DNA of 38,255 bases. Source: a virus (taxonomy: Duplodnaviria > Caudoviricetes). Position 1 is the stretch's first letter. Every line of letters starts with the position of its first letter. The stretch covers positions 1-38,255 of IMG/VR virus record IMGVR_UViG_3300030376_008412. One strand, given 5' to 3'. Both the position numbers and the translations under genes were made by a program. Positions 34,327-38,255 of the stretch are shown here, piece by piece. The notes under the pieces were generated by a model. It saw only the letters and a program-made list of their open reading frames with translations. It was not told the origin of the DNA and did not search any database.

Positions 34327-34772
34327 TGGCTACAGAAGAAAATAAAGTTATAAGCAAAGAACTGTCTAAAATGGACGATATAGATATGGTAATAGCATCA
34401 TTGTTACCAAATCTAGACCCCGAAGACCCTCAATCTGTAGGTCAGTTGCAAAATTTTTTAAATATAAAATATGATGATGCTGTAACTATTGATGGAAAAT
34501 ATGGTTCTGAAACAGGACAATATATTAGAACTTGGCTAGCTGAAACGGAGTATCTTGACAAACTAGCTGTAGGAGCATCCAATACGTTAATTGACCCAGA
34601 GTCAGCTTTGACTCAAGGTAACGCTTTAGGATTCACTCCTTTTGAGAGTCCTAGTGTAGCTCAACTAGTTACCGACTCTGCTAAAGCAGCAAAGGGTTCT
34701 GATCAAATATTAAGACAAGTTTTGCACGAAATATCGATTGATGATTTGGAGGATAAAAATGAAAATGCATAG
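34326..34772 (+). CDS. Protein with peptidoglycan-binding-like (PG_binding_1) domain
   Basis: VGQLQNFLN...TIDGKYGSETGQYIRTW matches V..LQ..L...DG.YG..T... Confidence 0.6.
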   Translation: MATEENKVISKELSKMDDIDMVIASLLPNLDPEDPQSVGQLQNFLNIKYDDAVTIDGKYGSETGQYIRTWLAETEYLDKLAVGASNTLIDPESALTQGNALGFTPFESPSVAQLVTDSAKAAKGSDQILRQVLHEISIDDLEDKNENA

Positions 34773-34883
34773 ATGACCATCGGATGGCAAACTTCATCCA
34801 GTTGGGAAGAAACATAAAAAGTATAAAAAAAGATCTAATGGTGGATATAAAATGGCTAACAATAAATATGTAGAAGGTAAATA

Positions 34884-37205
34884 ATGGCAAAAAGAGTTGA
34901 CAAACAGGCGCAAAGAGTTCAAGATATATTTAATCTGGCAAACGGACAATCAAGAACTCAGTGGGAATTTATAAATCAAAAAGGTTATGATTTTGCAAAT
35001 GATAATCAAATAACCGAATCAGAAAGAGCATCTCTTGAAGAGCAGGGAATGCCTACCTTTACAATTAATAGAATAGCTCCAGTAGTTGAGATGTTAAATT
35101 TTTATGCCACTGCGAACAATCCTAGATGGCAAGCAATTGGTGCGGAGGGAAGCGATGCTGATGTTGCAGCCGTATTTTCAGATTTATCTGATTATATATG
35201 GAATCTGTCAGATGCTGACTCATTGTATGGAAATTGCGTAAATGACGCTATTACAAAAGGTATAGGATATTTACAAGTATCTGTAGATCCTGATTCTGAT
35301 AGCGGAATGGGCGATGTTAAAATATTGCAGCCTGAGCCATTTGATATTTATGTTGACCCTAAAGCAAGAGACATATTGTTTAGAGATGCATCATTTATTG
35401 CTATAAGAAAAGTACTTCCAAAATCTCATTTAATGCAATTATTTCCAGAATATAAAAGAAAAATAAAAGCAGCATCAGGGTCTACTACTTCTGAATTTGA
35501 TTACAGTGAGGCATCTAGAGACCAATATAAAAAAGATTTTCATTATAAAGAAATATCTGAGGGAGAATCTATAAACACCAAGGGTGAAAATGATGAGATT
35601 GTAGAGTTTTTTGAACTATTTGAAAAAATAAAAATAGCTTATGTAAATGTATACTACAATATTCCTCCTAACGAAGAAATGATGAAAGAAATAGAGGCAA
35701 GAGTTAAGGAAGGGCTAGCAGAGCTTCAAGAAAAACTAGCTGTAGAATTAAAAGAAAGTCAAATGAAGCTTCAGCAAGCATTTCAAGCAGGTCAAATGAT
35801 AGAAGAAAGATTTAATTTAGAGATGAAAAATCTTCAGAAAGGAGTTGAAGAGCAATTTGCAGTAGCTGAAGATACTCTAAGAAATAGAATGATTCAAGAT
35901 TATAGCCAAATAGGGAACAAAGTAGTTACTGAAAAAGAATTTGAGTTATTAGTAAAGAGACCTGAATTTGCACAAAGTATTGTAGATAGTGTGAAATTTT
36001 ATGGGACTAGAATACAGCAAACTTGTGTTTGTAGTGATAAAACTATATATCAAAAAATTCTACCAGAAAAAATTACAGAATATCCGATTGTTCCATTCCA
36101 TTATAAATGGACAGGGACACCATATCCAATAAGTGCGGTTTCTCCTCTTATAGGAAAACAAAGAGAGATAAACAAAGCTCATCAAATAATGGTTCATAAC
36201 GCCTCACTTGGATCTTCACTAAGGTGGATGTACGAAGAAGGGTCAGTTGATACTGATTATTGGGAAAAGTATTCCAGTTCTCCTGGAGCATTACTGCCTA
36301 TGAGACCTGGAGCAACTCCTCCTACAGTTGTGCAGCCCGCACCTTTATCCAATGCGTTCTTTGGGATTGTACAGGAGGGGAAACAGGATATGGAGTATTT
36401 AGCTGGAATATATTCTTCTATGCAAGGAGATACTGGAAGTCAGCATGAAACTTTTAGAGGTATGTTGGCGTTAGATGAATATGGTACTAGAAGGATAAAG
36501 CAATGGATGAACAATAGTATAGAGCCTGCATTACGTCAATTAGGAAGATTGGTAATGATGTTCTCTCAGTCTGTTTATTCAGCACATAAAACATTTAGGA
36601 TTATACAGCCAAATGCATTGCAAGAAGAAAGAGAAGTCGAATTAAATATTCCTCTATACAATGATATGGGTAAAGCTATTGGAAAGTCTCTTGACTTGCA
36701 AAATGCTACATTTGATGTCAGGATTGTTTCAGGTTCTACATTACCTGTAAATAGATGGGCTTATTTAGCAGAATTAAAAGAATTAATGCAATTGGGAGTA
36801 GTAGACGATATTGCAGTCCTATCTGAAACAGATTTAAGAAATAAAGAAAAGATTGCAGAAAGAAAATCTTTATATGCTCAGTTGCAGGGTCAATTGGAAT
36901 CAATGCAGTCTACTGTTAAAGATCAAGCAGGAACAATAGAAACTCTAGAAAGACAATTGGTTCAAGCAGGAATAAAAGGCAAAGTTATGCAAGCTGAAAT
37001 GGAAATAACTAAAAAGAAAGAAGAAGTTAAGTCCAGCGTTAATAAAGAGTATATTGAGACCGAAGCAAAACAAAAACTTTTACAAAATGTAATGAAAAAT
37101 AGAGCAGAGTTAAAAGGAAAGCAGTTAGGAATGGAAGTTGACTCAGCTATTCAAAAAGTAAAAGATTCAGAAAAAGAGTTGCAATCGAACAGCAACAGTG
37201 AATAA
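34884..37205 (+). CDS. Portal protein (P22-like) with coiled-coil insertion
   Basis: 773 aa; PTFTINRI, DAITKGIGY, YPIVPF, QREINK, FDVRIVSG; located between TerL and scaffold. Confidence 0.9.
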   Translation: MAKRVDKQAQRVQDIFNLANGQSRTQWEFINQKGYDFANDNQITESERASLEEQGMPTFTINRIAPVVEMLNFYATANNPRWQAIGAEGSDADVAAVFSDLSDYIWNLSDADSLYGNCVNDAITKGIGYLQVSVDPDSDSGMGDVKILQPEPFDIYVDPKARDILFRDASFIAIRKVLPKSHLMQLFPEYKRKIKAASGSTTSEFDYSEASRDQYKKDFHYKEISEGESINTKGENDEIVEFFELFEKIKIAYVNVYYNIPPNEEMMKEIEARVKEGLAELQEKLAVELKESQMKLQQAFQAGQMIEERFNLEMKNLQKGVEEQFAVAEDTLRNRMIQDYSQIGNKVVTEKEFELLVKRPEFAQSIVDSVKFYGTRIQQTCVCSDKTIYQKILPEKITEYPIVPFHYKWTGTPYPISAVSPLIGKQREINKAHQIMVHNASLGSSLRWMYEEGSVDTDYWEKYSSSPGALLPMRPGATPPTVVQPAPLSNAFFGIVQEGKQDMEYLAGIYSSMQGDTGSQHETFRGMLALDEYGTRRIKQWMNNSIEPALRQLGRLVMMFSQSVYSAHKTFRIIQPNALQEEREVELNIPLYNDMGKAIGKSLDLQNATFDVRIVSGSTLPVNRWAYLAELKELMQLGVVDDIAVLSETDLRNKEKIAERKSLYAQLQGQLESMQSTVKDQAGTIETLERQLVQAGIKGKVMQAEMEITKKKEEVKSSVNKEYIETEAKQKLLQNVMKNRAELKGKQLGMEVDSAIQKVKDSEKELQSNSNSE

Positions 37206-37208
37206 ATT
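37179..37208 (+). promoter_or_regulatory. Putative sigma70-type promoter for scaffold/capsid
   Basis: TTGCAA-N18-TAAATT, same -10 hexamer as 21476-21503. Confidence 0.35.
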
Positions 37209-37238
37209 AACAGCAAAGTTTTACAGGGAGAAAAAAAT

Positions 37239-38147
37239 ATGACAAAAGAAAATGACACTCAAGGTAACCCAGAGACTAATCCAACGAATGCTTCTGAAGA
37301 AGCAATCAATAATGAGGTTTTTGGCTCGGAAGGTGATGATTTTTTTAATCAGTTAGAAGATAGTGTTAATGGAATGGTTTCAGATGGACCCACTCCTGCA
37401 ACAAAGCCCGTAATGGCAACCCAGAATGAGAGTGGCTCCAAACAGGTAACCCACGAATCGCAAACTGGCTCCAAGGAAGGGGATAATTGGGAACGAAGAT
37501 ATAAAGATTCTAGTAAAGAAGCTATAAAAATGGCAACGCAATTAAAGCAACTAGAGCCATTTATACCAGTTCTCGATGCAATGAAGAAAGATAGCGGACT
37601 TGTAGATCATGTTCGTGGTTATTTGGAAAATGGTGGTGCTCCTGCTGGAGACATAAAGCAGCAACTTAAACTAAAGGATGATTTTGAATTTGATGCTAAT
37701 GAAGCATATGCAGATCCAGAATCAGATTCGGCTAAAGTAATGTCTGCTCATCTAGATAAGGTTGTAAATTCAAGAGTAGGAAATATTCTTAATAAAGAAA
37801 AAGAAAACTCAAGAAAAATACAAGCTGAACTAGTAAGAAGAAGGCAGGAAGAAGACTTTAAGAGAAAGCATAAGATGTCTAATGAAGAATTTACTGATTT
37901 AGTGTCTTCTGCTAAACAAAGAAAGTTGACCTTAGATGATGTTTATTATCTTTTAAATAAAGATAAAGCAGCTGCAAATGCTGTAAACTCATCCAAACAG
38001 GATATGCTAAACCAAATGAAAAATGTACGCGACATACCAACAAGTGCTAGCGATTCAAATAGTCAAGGTCAAAGCAAAAGCAATTCAGACTCATTGTTTG
38101 ATAGCATGCTAGGTCTTGATAGTGGTACAGATAATCTGTTTGGATAG
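37239..38147 (+). CDS. Putative capsid scaffolding protein
   Basis: Acidic disordered N-terminus, WERRYKDS coiled coil; follows the portal. Confidence 0.7.
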   Translation: MTKENDTQGNPETNPTNASEEAINNEVFGSEGDDFFNQLEDSVNGMVSDGPTPATKPVMATQNESGSKQVTHESQTGSKEGDNWERRYKDSSKEAIKMATQLKQLEPFIPVLDAMKKDSGLVDHVRGYLENGGAPAGDIKQQLKLKDDFEFDANEAYADPESDSAKVMSAHLDKVVNSRVGNILNKEKENSRKIQAELVRRRQEEDFKRKHKMSNEEFTDLVSSAKQRKLTLDDVYYLLNKDKAAANAVNSSKQDMLNQMKNVRDIPTSASDSNSQGQSKSNSDSLFDSMLGLDSGTDNLFG

Positions 38148-38243
38148 ACACTTTTTTTAAGACTGTCTAGTCAAACATTAACTCGCCCTACTCGAAGGTC
38201 CTAATAGGACAGCTGAAATGAGGGCAAAATTAAGGAGACAGTC

Positions 38244-38255
38244 ATGTCAGACGTT
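38244..38255 (+). CDS. Start of next gene, presumably major capsid protein (3'-partial)
   Basis: TAAGGAG SD then ATG TCA GAC GTT. Identity is by synteny only. Confidence 0.4.

Noticed and set aside
31367-36448. ORFs 31367-31561, 31810-32034, 32749-33066, 32799-32987, 33256-33504, 34681-34890, 36260-36448
   Set aside because: Nested in or antisense to TerS, TerL or portal; composition is not protein-like.
37260-37475. Short GG(T/C)AACCCA and TGGCTCCAA repeats in the scaffold gene
   Set aside because: Could reflect peptide repeats (ATQ/VTH, GSK) in a disordered region; insufficient evidence for a regulatory role.
1-38255. Genome-wide stop-codon reassignment as in some crAss-like phages
   Set aside because: Long ORFs are intact in code 11. 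TAA, TAG and TGA all end genes at tight junctions, and no suppressor tRNA is seen.

Overview
AT-rich dsDNA tailed-phage segment, podovirus-like, with three blocks. (1) + strand 1-15977: virion cargo/ejection genes, including a 2898-aa protein with a double-psi-barrel RNA polymerase signature (RFP...DYDVD), a probable virion RNAP as in crAss-like phages. (2) - strand 15974-30905: replication genes (primase-helicase, SSB, circularly permuted AAA_24/Sak4 ATPase, resolvase; no DNA polymerase seen), an apparently complete ubiquitin-like conjugation module (E2-like, Ubl ending GG-NQ, JAB protease, E1/ThiF), many tiny ORFs and dense structured non-coding elements. Those elements include a CAT-anticodon tRNA, a 78-nt tmRNA-like RNA with only the tRNA-like domain, a ~490-nt ornate RNA candidate and two tandem arrays of stem-closed modules. 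(3) + strand 31112-end: terminase small and large subunits, portal, scaffold and the start of the presumed major capsid gene. Strong AGGAG Shine-Dalgarno use argues against a Bacteroidota host. All calls come from motif reading by eye; no searches were run.
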